From Euglena gracilis (Eukaryota): DNA of 64,000 nucleotides. The notes under the pieces are model-generated. The model was given only the letters and a program-made list of their open reading frames with translations, was not told the origin of the DNA and did no database searches. Each line of letters opens with the position of its first letter. Positions within the stretch are counted from its first letter, which is position 1. The stretch spans positions 49,579,847-49,643,846 of the forward strand of contig CP154954.1 in the NCBI GenBank assembly GCA_039621445.1, in the 5' to 3' direction. The position numbers and the translations under genes are program-made. Positions 25,435 to 38,900 of the stretch are shown here, piece after piece.

Positions 25435-27693
25435 ACTAGCTGCCGACCAGGCCTAGTCGGCCGACCAATTGGGTGGTCGGCCGACTAGTCGGCCGACCAC
25501 CCAGGCCCCCCCCCCCCAGTCTACCGCCTAGAGCCCCACATCCGGCTGGCCCACATACAACCCCCTTTTTGACTGGTTTGCGACTGTGCCACTTTGTTCC
25601 ATGTGGGGGGACAAGAATAGTTCACTGCCAAAGCACTTTTTCATGATGTCTTTCAAACAACTCAAAGTAGCCAGAAAGAACCACTTTTGGGCTGTCCGAG
25701 TTTGGGGAAAGGAAATAGCTCGGGAACCTTGCCCCCCCCCCCCCCCCCGAGCTGGTTTATTTTGGTGTTTTTTTCAGTACCGTGACCCAGTGGTCGGTAA
25801 CAACCAATGTGGTCAGTAGAAACGACCTCCATGGTTTCCCATTTCAAAGAAGCATACAAACTCTTTGGCCAAACCTGTGGAACATACAGAGGGGCTATGT
25901 TACCATCCCCCCCCCCCATTATGTACCCCCCCCCATTATGTACCCCCTGGGGGGGAGGTACATAATGGGGGGGGGATGGTAGCTCACTGTCATAACACTT
26001 TTTCTAAAGAATTTCCCAAAAAATGCTCAAAAATCGACGTTTTTGGGACGTTTTCAAAAAGTGATATTTGGCAAATGTGCTGAAAATTGACCATTTATTG
26101 CAAACATCCAAAAAGTTGCCAAAAATGACCCCTTTTGGACTGTTCGGTCGGGTCTGGGAATGGGACCTGGGTACCCCCCCCATTGTGTACCTCCCCCCAT
26201 TGTGTACCTCCCCCCCAATTTCGGCCTCCCGGGGGGAGGTTAATGGGGGGGGGATGGTACCTACCAAACACCTTCATCAAGTTCATCAGGGTGTGTGTTT
26301 TGGCCATCCTTGCCTTGTACACACAAAGGGATTTTGTTATTTTAGGCGGGGGGGTCCCCCCCCAGGAGGCCGCAGGCCGACTAAGTTCATCATGGTGTGG
26401 GTTTTGGCAATCCTTTCTCCTTTTTTTGAATATGTGACTTTTTTTTGACAGTTTCAAGGTCAATTCTGATACGAAAACTGTGTCCAGAACGCCGGTTCGG
26501 GCGTGAAGCCGTGTTCCAGAACGCCGGTTCGGGCGGCAGCCCGAACTGGCGTTCTGGAACACGGCTTCACGCCCGAACCGGCGTTCTGGACACAGTTGTT
26601 GAAACCGTGGATTAGGGGCTCTGGCTTCATGCCCGAACCGGCGTTCAAGGAATCCAGGCCAATTTCGGCCTAAATACCCATTTTTTTTTTTTTTTTGAGC
26701 ATTTTTGGGCTCCTTTGGGCGAAGGGCCATGTCGACTGGCCGATTGAAGTTTTCACACGTCTGGTGCCATGTTACCCATCGATCGAAAGCCCTTCTCAAG
26801 GGCTTTTGGCAGATGGCCACAGGATTCAGCCATTATGCATCCAGCGCTTATTTTCAGCGATCGTGCATTCCAAAATTTGATGTCCTAATTTGTGAAATCC
26901 CACACCTCAGGTGCCATACAGCATATCAATTGAAAGCTCTCACCAAGACCTTTCATTTGGTACCCTCAGAACTCAGCTACACTGCAGAGCACTCTGAAAA
27001 TCGGCGATCGCATTTTCCGACCCTGTTTGCAAAGTCGAAATTCCTATGTTTCACCAGCCATGTTGCCCATCGATCGAAAGCTCTTCTCAAGGGCTTTCAG
27101 CAGATGGCCTTAGATTTCAGCCGTGCTGCATGGTACTCTATTTCAAAAATTCCCCAAATTTGGCCAAATGGAAATTGTTGCACAAAATACCCCCATATCT
27201 GGCCAAATACCCCCCAAAAACTGCTCAGATGTGATTACCACATGTCTACTAACCATTTTGGACACTTTTTGGCACTTTTTATTTTGGGTCCCCTGGACGC
27301 CGTCTTCCCGCCCGAACCGGCGTTCTGGAACGCCGGTTCGGCGCAAAAATTTCTGCGCCGAACCGGCGTCCAGAACGCCGGTTCGGGCGTGAAGCCAGAG
27401 CCCCAATACACGGTTTCAATGTGTTTCCGCGCATTTTGAGTCAAATTTACTGAATCAAATTTTCGGTGGGGGGGGGGGGGCTTAAATTTGGGCCAGGCGG
27501 ATGATTGGCCATGACGATTCCGGAGGTCGGGCCGTCGGCCTGACCTCCAATGCTGCATTGCCCCCCCTTTTTGAAAGTTATGCCCCCCCTCAAAATTTGA
27601 TGCTCTTAATTTGGCTGAAAATGCACGTAAACACATTGGAATGACCTCAAAACTGTCAAAAAAACGTCCCATTTTTGTAAAAAATTCAAAACC

Positions 27694-27996
27694 GTTAGGG
27701 ATACGGTTGGGGTTATGGTTAGGGTTAGGGTCAGGGTCAGGGTTAGGGTTAGGGTTAGGGATAGGGTTGGGGATAAGGCTAGGGTTAGGGATATGGTTAG
27801 GGTTGGGGATACGGTTGGGGTTAGGGTTAAGGATACGGTTTGGGTAAGGGTGAGGTATACGGTTTGGGTAAGGGATATGTTCAGGGATACGGTTAGGGTT
27901 AGGGTTGGGGTTGGGGATAGGGTCAGGGATGCGGTTAGGGTTAGGGTCAGGGTTAGGGTTAGGGTGAGGGATACAGTTAGGGTTAGGGTTAGGTTA
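27694..27996 (+). repeat. Degenerate interstitial (TTAGGG)n tract; mirror at ~60581-61046
   Basis: ttagggttagggtcagggtcagggttaggg interspersed with gatacgg variants. Confidence 0.9.
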
Positions 27997-28723
27997 AAAC
28001 CGGCGTTTGAGACGCCGGGTTCAGGACAGAACCGGCGTCCCCCCCCACGGGTTTTCCGGACGCCGGTTCTGTCCTAAAACCCGGCGTTAGGAACGCCGGT
28101 TCTGTCCAAAACCCGGCGTCCGGTTTGGGACTGTATTTTGTGTAAAAAAAAGTGTGCCAATGTGACCCCAGAAACAAAAATCTCCTTGGATGAAAGGGGA
28201 TAAAAGGCAAAAGGTTTTTTTTTCAGAATTTGCTTTGGGACGTTTTGGCTGTTCCCCCATGGGACTAAAGGGGAACGCTAGTGAACGTATTTCTAAGTGC
28301 TCCCTGGCCCGAAGGGGGTGAACGCCGGTTCTGTCCTGAACCTGGCGTCTCTAAAACGCCGCTTTAAACAGGGGGGGCGGACGCCGGTTCTGTCCTGAAC
28401 CCGGCGTCCCCGGACGCCGGTTCAGGACAGAACCGGCGTCCGCCACCCCTTTTTTGTAGTAAAGTTAGGGTTAGGGTTGGGCTTAGGGACCTCCCCCCCA
28501 TTATGTACCCCCCCCCCCGTTTCAGCCTCCCGGAGGGAGGTACATAATGGGGGGGGGGGGTGTTAAGTACATTAGGGAGCGCGCTTTGGCCATCCTTTTT
28601 CTCTTTCTTTTTGAAATATGGGACGTTTTTTGACAGTTTCAAGGTTATTCCAATGTGTTTCCGTGCATTTTTGAGTCAAATTTACTGAATCAAATTTCGG
28701 GGGGGGGACTTAAATTTCTATAT

Positions 28724-28837
28724 ACAAATTGTGGCTGAGCCCAGATTTCAGCCTGAAAACGTGTTCAGGAGTGGTCCCCCGAAGGGGGCCCCCTGAACAC
28801 GTTTTCAGGCTGAAATCTGGGCTCAGCCACAATTTGT
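28724..28837. repeat. Hairpin with ~45-bp perfect stem (mirror ~57990-58103)
   Basis: acaaattgtggctgagcccagatttcagcctgaaaacgtgttcagg ... cctgaacacgttttcaggctgaaatctgggctcagccacaatttgt, apical ccccc-GAA-ggggg. Confidence 0.9.
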
Positions 28838-28941
28838 TTAAAAACGTGTTCAGAGCCCGCCAAATGCCTGCCCTGAAATTCGTGGTCATGATTCACGCAA
28901 GGGGTCAAAAACGCGAAAATGTGAAATTCGGACCGAAAAAA

Positions 28942-29776
28942 AGATGCCCTAATGGAAAACGTGCCTTACCACAGATGCCTTAATGGAAAACGTGTCATTG
29001 CCACAGATGCCTTAATGGAAAACGTGTCATTGCCACAGATGCCCTAATGGAAAACATGGTACCCCTCCCCCCATACCTAAACGCACGGCAAACTTTGTGA
29101 GCACCGTGAAGCGTGGAAAAATCTGATGACCACCACTGGCCGTCTGTTGAAAAGAGCTTTCAATCGAGGGGTAACTTGGTACCCTAACGTTGTACGAAGC
29201 CCGAGATACGCTCCCAATCGTCGGATCGGCCAGAATCTTTGTCGAAATTTGTGGTGGTTTTGGGTGCTGCTTGGTTTAAAATGCTTAATGAACCACACAG
29301 AAACAAATTTTGTCTTCAAATCGAGGACATCTGGGGTCTAGGGAGGTACAAGAATTGTGAAATTAAGATTTCCCAGTGACCGGAAATAAGAGCACCAAGC
29401 GGCGTGGCTGAATTTGGTCGTCACCACTAGTCATCTGATGAAAAGAGACCACTAGTCGTCTGATGAAAAGAGCTTTCGATCGAGGGGTGAGTTTGTACCT
29501 GAAAAGCTTTCACAGCCAGAGATCCGCTCGCGATCGTCGATCGATTTGGCAAAATGCATTTTCGGATGATTTCGGACGACACGTGATTGCCACAGATGCC
29601 CTAATGGAAAACGTGCCATTGCCACAGATGCCCTAATGGAAAACGTGTCATTGCCACAGATGCCTTAATGGAAAACGTGTCATTGCCACAGATGCCCTAA
29701 TGGAAAACGTGTCATTGCCACAGATGCCTTAATGGAAAACGTGTCATTGCCACAGATGCCCTAATGGAAAACGTGT
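28942..29776. repeat. Two blocks (28942-29056, 29586-29776) of a 32-bp minisatellite GCCACAGATGCCYTAATGGAAAACGTGTCATT; mirrored at ~57058-57884
   Basis: Head-to-tail units with no spacers. Confidence 0.92.
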
Positions 29777-32049
29777 TCATGACCACAAATTTCAGGGCAG
29801 CCATTTGGCGGGCTGAACACGTTTTTAAAAAATTGGGGGGGAGGTCGGGCCGACCTGGTCGGCCCGACCTCCAATGGTCGATAAGCCAATACCAATGGTC
29901 GGCCCGGTCTGACCTCCGGGATCGTCATGGCCAATCATCCGCACAGAGCCTTAAATTTGAAGAAAAAAAATGGGGGTGATGCGGTTGATTGGAGGTTGGG
30001 CCGACCTGGTCGGCCCAACCCCCAATGGCTGATGTGTCATGGCCAACGGTCGATAAGCCATGGCCAATGGTGTGCCCGACCTAGGTCGGCCAGACCATGG
30101 TAGGCCCGACCTCCGGGATTGTCATAGCCAATCATCCGCACGGAGCCGGTAGATCTGTCTCTGGGGGGGGGGGTTGTGGGCCGACCTTTCAGACCAACCC
30201 ACGGTGCCTAGGGTTGCCTAGGGTCAACCCCTTGTGGGCCGACCCTAGATGACCCGACGTGACCCCCACCCCTGTACCGGTTAGTCGATCGACTAGTCGA
30301 TCGACCAGTCGATAGGGCAACTGCTAGTCGATCGACTACATGATCGAGCCAGTACCCCCTGTCCAATGTTTGGGGCCGAGCCTTGTTGCATATCCCCCCT
30401 GTCTGATGGCGTCCAAATCCCATTTGTTGCTCAACGGCTCCGTGTGGATAATTGGCTATGACGATCCCGGAGGTCGTACCGACCATGGTCAGACCGACCT
30501 AGGTCGGGCCGACCATTGGCTATGGCCTATCGACCATTGGAGGTCGGGCCGACCAGGTCGGCCCGACCTCCAATCATTTGCATTACCCCCCCTTTTTTGG
30601 AAATTTAAGCCCCCCCCCCCTCAAAATTTGATTCGGCAAATTTGACTCAAAAAGGATGGAAACACATTGGAATCACCTTGGAACTGTCAAAAAGCATCCC
30701 ATATGGAAAAAGAAAATGAAAAACGCGAACTTAGTCGGCCTATGGCCTCCTCCGGGGGGGCTGCCGCCCCCCGGACCCCCCCGCCTAAAACAACAAAATC
30801 CCCTTGTGTGTGCAAGGCAAGGATGGCCAAAACGCGCCCCCCAACAAACTCCCTTTGTGCTAACTTAGTCGGCCTACAGCCTTCTACGGTTGAGCTCCCC
30901 ACCCCCCCCGGCCCCCCCCCGCCTAAAATAACAAAATCCCCTTGTGTGTGCAAGGCAAGGATGGCCAAAACACGCCCCCCAACAAACTCCTTTTGTGTGC
31001 ACCCAAATAGGTAAAAATAGCCCATCTGTGTGTTCCACAGGGTTTGGCCAAGGGTTTTTATGCTTCTGAAATGGAAAACCATGGAATTCGTTTCTACCGA
31101 CCATATGGTCGGCCCGACCCCCAAAAGCTCGGGCCGACCATAATGGTCGGTAACAAACAGGTCGGGCCGACCATGGTCGGCCCGACCTATACCGACCTAT
31201 AGTCAAAATTCCTTTGAAAATTTTGAAAAAGGGAGGGGGGGGGTAATGCGGTTCATTGGCTAGTTGGCCCGACCTCCAGTGGTCGGGCCGACCTAGTCAA
31301 AAGAACTGTCCAATACCTAAATTGAAGCCCTTAAAATGCCCTATCTAACCTGTCCCGATTTATGGTCATTCTTGGCCACTTTGCCAAAATTTCAGGTTGA
31401 GCCTCAAAAAAAAGACCTAAAATACACTCCTGGTGCAAAGCACTGGAAAATTTTTTTGCCCCCGCAGAGGAGGGGGAGGGGGGATATGCAAGTTGCATAA
31501 TGGCATTTTTTTGCATTGTCCAAAATCTTGAAAATTTGCATTTTTTTGCATAATTTTCATTTTTTTTGAATAATGACAGATTCAAAGTGAGAATTCATTT
31601 TTTCATTTTTTTGCATATTTTCCCTTTCCGATTTTTTGGGGCATTTGTATAGGCAAATTTCTCCAGCAGACCTCTCTAGCAGAAAAAGTCCTGGGGGTGC
31701 ATTTTTTTTGCTTTTTTTTGCATTTTTTTGCATTGCATATTTTGAGGAACCTTGTGGCTCGCCGATTTAGAATGGGGGACTGGCCAGTCAATCGACTGGT
31801 CGGTGAGGGGCAAAGGAATACCCATTGTGAAACTGTGTTTGGGCCGATTTCGAGACGTAAAAAGTCTTAAATAGACAGTTGGCGCCTTTGGCGCCGCGGT
31901 CCCCACACCCGGGCTCCCCCCTGACCCTTGGCCCAGTTCTTGACATAGAGTGGGTTTGGAGGGGTATTGGCCCACATCGTTGATAAACCCATTCATGGGG
32001 GCTGACATGAAAAGCTTCATTGACATTTTTTCAGTGATTCCTCAGACTG

Positions 32050-32225
32050 GGAGTGTTGGAAGGACGATCTTTCCTGCATCCCCAACGTATCGTGGTATCA
32101 CCAGCTTCCAGAATGAGTTTTTGAGACCCACAGTTGCCGTAAAGACCCCTACTGAGGCGCAAATCCTTGATGCAGCTGATGGAAAGGTGGATTCCCGCTT
32201 TTATGGAGCATCAGTTGTAACCCGT
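32050..32225 (+). CDS. Probable exon encoding a second copy of the module seen at 20100-20230 (J-protein continuation or separate gene); mirror within 54604-54882 (-)
   Basis: ITSFQNEFLRPTVAVKTPTEAQILDAADGKVDSRFYGASV vs LTSFENEFLRPTVAAEGDLHASTLDRADGRVDNKFYGAFV: protein-level conservation with synonymous nucleotide changes. Confidence 0.7.
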
Positions 32226-35200
32226 TGAGAGGAAATTGACTGACTCTTTCTGACCCATCGATCCCATTCTGCTTTTGTACCACTATTGAGACTGTCCTTG
32301 TTGGCAACGTCCCTTCAGAATATTGGGTCTTTTTGTTGAAAAGCACGGAAGAATGTGAGTGCATTTGTGCTGGTATTACCCCCCCTTTGTCCTTGACGCG
32401 GCTGGTCTATGACCCCCCCCCCCCCCGTGTCAACCGCACTCTCCCCGGTATTTTTGCGTGTCAAGGACAAGGGGGGGGAAGGCATGAGGTCGCCCCCAGG
32501 TTGCTGAGCCAGCCTGGACATGGCAGCCCATGGTGGAAGTAGAATGGCAGGAAGCAGAAGCAGTGGTGAAAAAAAAAGTGTGACTTTCCTCCAGGTTAAA
32601 GAAGCCAAAGAAGCCTGATTCCCATCCCGGACATCCCTGGTATGCTTTTGTCAAAGTCTGTGTTTCTTAAACCAAGCTTTGGCACGCCAAAGCCTGTGTT
32701 TAGGAACACAGACTTCGACGGGAGGATGTGCAAGTTGAATAATTTGCATAATTCAAAATCTTGAGAATTTGCTTTTTTTGCATCCCCCCCCTTGTCCCTG
32801 GGCCCCGGCTTGTTGAAGGGTTTTCAGCCCAACCTTCAGCTTTTGATATCATACCCCCTTATTTTCCAGTCGGGGGTTCCGGAGGAAGGTGGGAGGGACA
32901 ATCAGACGAGGAGGGAAACATTGTGGGTATTAGCACTGTTGTGAATTCTCGCTTCAGAGATCCTTTTGGCCATTTCTCTCCTGTGGAACGGTGCCTTGCT
33001 TTCTTTCCAGCAGTCTTCATTCAATCACGATATGCACGAGCTGACCATTTTGGTGTTTGATGTTTCATATTTCACATCTCCGGCAGTAGGGGGGTGCATA
33101 TGAACTTGCCAGGGCGTCGCATAAACCGAAGGGCTATCCCCCCGGGGGTCCCTGGGCCTGCGCGACGGTGACCAGGCTGTTTTTTTTTAAGTCGGGTGCC
33201 TGGGCAGGCACTCCAAGGCACAAAAATCCAACCCGCGTAGTTAGCGCCGGCCATAAACAGACAAGAAGCCTTGTGCAACTAAGGGCATAGGGCATTCGAA
33301 AAAGAGTGCCTGGCAGGCACTCCGGCAAGACTCAAAAAAGGCTCATTTTCAAGTAAAATTGCCTTTTAAGTTCCTGGGCACAGGCTGAAATCCAACCCAC
33401 CCCGGGGGGGGAAGTGCCTGCCTTCCCACTCAAGGGCACGGGGTTGGTTTAAAAAAAAAAAAAACAGCCAGACGGCGACGGAAAGTTGGATTTTGGAGGG
33501 GGGCAAAAATGGCCCAAAAAGAGGGCAAGAATGAGTCAGGTAGGAGTTTGGGGGTCAAAAAATCAATTTTTTCGCACAATTGGCAGTGTTCTGCGCATTT
33601 TTTGCATTCCCCCCCACAAATATATTGACCATCCCCGACCTTTTGCCGCACGCTTGAGTTGTCGCTGGCGGAATGGGGAAAGGTGTCGGGGGAGCTTGCG
33701 CCAATTAATTTCAGCCATTTTCCGTCTCTTTGATTTGCGACAAAAAAAACTGACAATTTTCCCAAACGTAGCACCGACAGGACAATAAAAATTTTCGGTG
33801 CCAAGGAAAAAAGCCATTGCGCCAGACACCTTGGGCTCCGCACTTTGCCTTTGTGAGGCAATGCCCTGCTCGCCGGCGGTTTGTTGCGATTGTTTTGGGG
33901 CGCTGGGTTAGGAGCCCCTGCTCAGTGCCTTTTTCGCCGGAGTTGGCTGACTCCTAACTTTCCCTTCGAAACCAAGAAGACAGGAACAGAGTTCACAAAC
34001 GAAGAAGAGCCGAGAAAAGACGCCAATACCAATTGGCAATGGAGATTGGAATTTTTTGGCCGCGGACGTCCTGGAGCAGTGGCCTAAGCAGCTGGAGCCC
34101 TTGGGGATGCGGTCAACACGTGGAAAACGTGGCCGTTCTTCCCCCCCCCACCCCCCCCCCCACAAAATTTCACCAGCACCCACCCCCCCCCCCCCAGTGT
34201 GACGGCCACGGTCCTTAGACCACTGTGGCCAGAAGACCAAGAATATGGAAGTCAGCCCCAGCTGGTGATGGGCAAAGGAGGGGCCATGGGGGCCCAAAAT
34301 GTTTCATAATTGGACAACCAAAGCCGACGCATCAGGGGCATCTCCCCCAAAGGCGCCCAGTCGCCTATACACAAATTGGATGGGGAGATGTAATCAAGGC
34401 CAAGGTGGTCACCACTACAGGGGCCACGGGGGCCAGTTTTACAAGCAAAGCCCCTCAGGAAGGGGCAGAAAAGGTCTGTCCAACCCCCGAATTCATCTGA
34501 CACAATGCCCCCTTTCAAGGGGAAAAGGGGGGGGGCACAGCAGCCCCCACAGATTTCCAATGGGGTTTGAGGCCAAGAAAGGCCCAGGGAACCAACAGAT
34601 GGATTATGGAAGAAAATTTATACATGGAGACCTTGGAAGCCAGCAGGGTGGACCCACAGTGGCCACCAAGAAGATAAGGGACATCATCCCACAGCTGCTG
34701 GAGAAATCCCCCGGGGACCCACAGAGGCCCTCTGCCAAAAAAGGGGGGAAAGGGGACCAACAGTGGCCCTTTCACCAAAGACCCAGCCCCAGGAGGAAAA
34801 GGGACCAACAGTGGCCCTTTTGGAGGGAGGGCAGGAACTTCCTCGCGGGAGTACGATAGGATGGATCCAAAAAGTGAGCCCCCAGAATTTGCGCCGCGGT
34901 TTCTGAATGAAAGACAGGATAGAAATTGCTTCAGTTTCAAATCGGTACCGAGTTGCTTTTAGAAACTTTGGTCTTTGGCTCCCCACTGGTGGATCGGCCA
35001 AAACTTTTTGGACAGTTTTAAGCTGCGTTTGCGAAAAACCTTAGAAAGTTACCCCCAGAAGCCATTTTTTTATGTAAAAAAAGAGCGACTAGGAAGGGGC
35101 TCGCTATGCAGCCTGGGGTTTTTGGGCGGAGGGCGGTGTTTGGATTAAAAAAAAACTTCGTTTCTCCAGCCGCCTGACTTTCACAGCAGCTTGGCCCGCC

Positions 35201-35922
35201 TTACTCAATACCCACCTTGCCTTTGTGCTTCGAAACATCAGTCCCTCTTGTCCTGCTCTTGGCTTTCCGGGAAATACCGAGAGCACCTGGAAGAGCTCTT
35301 TTAGTGTCGGGAAGTTTCTGGCCGGACATTTTTTTTTGGTGTTAAAAGTATTTTTGGAGTCTGTTTTAGGTTTCCTCACATTTTTGCAAAATTAGTGGTG
35401 GCCATCTTTTTTTTAGAGTGCGCATTGGGAATTTGGGCTTTTTTGTTGAACCGGCATTTTGCGAACTTTTCAAAAATTTAAAGCAGAAAGCGAGAGATGG
35501 GTGAAATTGGCCCCCATGGCACCCACGGACCCCAAACCCAGAAGTCGCAGCATTGTTCCGCTCCGGTGCGTATGGTCCGAGGGGGTACGATGATGTGGAG
35601 TTTTTCGCATGAGTTTAAAACACAACAAAATTTAATTGTTTTGCATTCTTACCTTTTCAAGGGGAAAAAATCTCTGTGTTCCTAGCTTAAAAAAAAAAGA
35701 GTCAGAAATTGCACCTTCTAGCTTTCTGAGCTTTTTTAAGGGCCAAGCGCCGCGGGTGGGCAGGTGGCTAAAAATTATTTTTGTGAGAAAACTCCCATTT
35801 TTGAGGCAACGATGAAAAAAATGATGCACAAACACTGATCCAACTTGGATGAAGTGCAAGCGATTCAATCAATGCAATCATTCCGTACCGACAAACGTTC
35901 ACAAAGCTTAATGTACATGCTG

Positions 35923-38900
35923 TCACTGCCAACCTCGACCCTGAAATTGCTGCGGGTACGCGGTGAGGGCAACCAAGGCGGAAATGAAGATGCCTGTTGA
36001 AAGCACGGGCTCAAGAGTGCCGTGAAGAGACGAAAGGCCCCCCTCGTCCTCACAACGGTGCATATGTTTGGGTGCCGTGCCGCAACCGGTCTTTCTGGTG
36101 CTGAGACCCTCCCCCAGGCTTTGAAGCAAAGACATTATTTCTGTCTGGCAGCGTGTTGTGAAGCTGAAAGGTAATAATTATTTGGCTTGGGGGGGGGATG
36201 CGCAGCCTCCAAACGATTTGTTTCCATTGTCAGTCAAATTTCAGAGGGTCACCACCAACCGTTGGCGCGGCCACCGCCACCCTTGCGCGTTGTACAGGAA
36301 CCGGGGCAGCCAGCCGCGGAAGAGGCGGCGCACTCCCCCGCGCTGCCTGAGCCCCCGGAACGCGACGACGACCCGCTCCGCCATCCCCAGCAGGCCATAC
36401 GCCCGGGCGCGCCCGGGATAGGGCGTGTCCTACCGGGAAGGGAGGGGGAGGCGGCATCGCCAAGGTTGCATGGGAAGCCCCGACGGGAGATGCTCCGGGA
36501 GGGGCCAGGGAGAGCCAGGACCTGAAGCCATGTGCTTCGGGAGAAAATGCGTCGACATGGACAGGAAGAAAATTCGGGCATCAAAAAAAAAGGTCGGTTT
36601 CTGCAAAAAGGCAAGCATAATTGTAAAAAAGGTCGGGGTCATGTTGAAGCACGTTTAGGCCATTCTTTCTAAATTGGAAAAATATTTGCGAAATAATTAA
36701 CCCCGACCCCCCTGGCCTCCAACTGGGATTTTGGGTGCCCTATTAATTAATCAGGGGGTGGTTTGCTAATTGGGGGAGGTTTGGGGTTTTTCTTAAGAAA
36801 TTAAAAGGTTCTTTAAAAATTGATCACGGGGTCATGTGCTCCGCATTGTTGTACTTGGGGCTCATCATTTGGGGGGTTACATGGCGTTCCACTTTCTTCT
36901 GAAAACATTGTTCCACAACTCTAACTTTTTTCGATCCAGCAGCAGTCCTTTGCGCTCATTTGTCGACATAAACCCACACCTAGGAGAAGGGGGTCCCCAC
37001 CCACCCAGACTGGCATTGGACCCCAAGGACCTGAGGACCCCAAAAAACTGCGCCATCTGAGGGAGTTTCCCAAAAATTTTCTGGCGCGGGGGCTGTGGCC
37101 CCAGACCCCCCCATGGGGAGTCTTCTGAGTTGACGCGGCACTGCACACCACTTGCGCCGGCGGCTCTGTCAGCAACTCGGAGGCCACGGTGTCGGACGGC
37201 GCAGAGGGGAGGCTTGCCAGCCCCGCGCACAGCGACGCCCACGCGATGAGCTGCGCCACGATGGGCACCGGGCTGTGGACGAAGATGGGGACCGCGACAG
37301 GCGGGGCCCCACTCGCGCTGACGGAGGGGAGGGGTGGGGTTCGGGCTGGGGGCCCCGCCTGGCCCCAGTCCTCGAAGTGGTGGAAGAGGGCAGCGCTCCA
37401 CAGCAGCGTCTGCAGATCCCTGGGGCAGGCGTGGGGTTGGACTCCGGTTCGCCCGCAGGGGGTTTCCCTGCCCACTTGGGGGGTTGGCTGGGGGCATGTG
37501 CGCAAACATAATTTTTTGAAAGTTGCCATACCTGGCTCCCAAAACTTGAATACTTTTATTATGGTGTGGTTTGGTGCCTGAACCCAAAATGGAAATCAGG
37601 ACTTTGATGATGATGAGAACGGCCCAGACAAGGGGTCTCTGCATACGCGGCACACATGTGTGTTCGGGTACCAGCCAATGGTGCCTCATCAACACATTGC
37701 GGGAACGATTTTGGGCAGGCGAGGCTGAACCCCACAGCAAACCCCCCACTTGAATTGTTGAAAACTTGTTGGTCCATTTTGCACTGTGTGGCATTGCACA
37801 ATCACACAAACGGACTAATAAGCTGCACGAATGGACCCCTTGCAATTGTGCGAAGTGGATCCCCTACAATGCTGGGACCGGCCGTCACCAGGGGGAATTG
37901 TTTAAGGTGCCTGAAAAAAACTTAAAAAGTGCCTTAAATTATTTGGCCGAAATGCCTGAAAAACCTTCAAAATCCTTTAATCCTTAAAAAAAACCTTAAA
38001 AATCATTCTAAATTTTTTCGAAATTTGAGAAAAAATGAAGTCGCATGGAACATTCTCTATCCACCCAAACTCGAAAAAGTGGCAACTGCCTTTAATTTTG
38101 GACCCTGTACGATGCCGGGATGGCCTTTCCCTCCTTGGAAAATAGACGCCATAAAAATTAAAAACCTTAATTTTCTTAAGCCTTCAAAAATATAATGCTC
38201 CCTGGTCACCACCAGTTTAAAAACCTCGTCCCCGGGAGGGAAAAAAGTGGGAAAACTGTGGTGTTGAGCACGGCGACAGAAATATGGCCTAAATGCAAAA
38301 TTTGGCCACCTGAACGCTCAAACACAGCGGCCGTGAGCTGTGAGCCCTCCCCAACGCCCCGGTTTGCACTGCACAGGGGAGGGCACCGGAACGCGACGGC
38401 GAGCCAGCCCACCGCCAGCTGCCAGTTCTGGCGGCGGAACATGGTGCGGACGGCCCGCAGAGAGACGCTGCGGCTGAGGACCCCTGCCTGGCGGCGCCGG
38501 CACCACACATCTGTTTAAGGACCCCGGGGGTAGGGGGGGGGGGGCTGGGGTTTTGGGCGGGCGGTGTGGCCAGCCCCCCCCCCCCCCCGCTGGAGTGGGG
38601 GAAGGCTGGATCCTGGCTGAACTGAGCTGCGACAGGCGGGGCCGGAATCAGAGAATTGTCCAAAAAAATGACCGCCAAAACAAGCTTTGAAAAAAAATGA
38701 GCGTATGACAATCCCCAAATCCCCTCCCGAAAAAGACCAGAACACCATTTTTTGGCCATTTTCAAAACACTTTCGGCTGGAGCATCCGGGGGGGGGGGGA
38801 GGGCTCCGCCGGGGGGGCCGGGCCCAAAACGGGGCTGGAAGCAGCAGCCCCCCCCCCCCCCCGGGGGTCTGCAAAACCTTAAAGACATGTATGGCTGGCA

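Larger units (their letters stand above)
22808..25535. mobile_element. Non-autonomous element with ~150-bp TIRs and 9-bp TSD CCACATCCG (Mutator-like), hosting nested insertions
   Basis: Ends ...cggtagactgggggg / ccccccagtctaccg...; TIRs contain ggtggtcggccgactag units; TSD at 22799-22807 and 25536-25544. Confidence 0.8.

Noticed and set aside
26705-27439. 244-aa ORF (mirror 61300-62037)
   Set aside because: Lies within a dispersed repeat also present at 937-1490; no transposase or other motif recognised
27694-27996. True chromosome end
   Set aside because: Degenerate, short and flanked on both sides by repeat sequence
28942-29776. 32-bp repeats as a CRISPR array
   Set aside because: Units are head to tail without unique spacers; no cas genes; eukaryotic context
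36158-36525. Plus-strand Pro/Arg-rich ORFs as the J-protein C-terminus
   Set aside because: The opposite strand encodes carrier repeat 3 (RRLFRGWLPRF), which explains the composition
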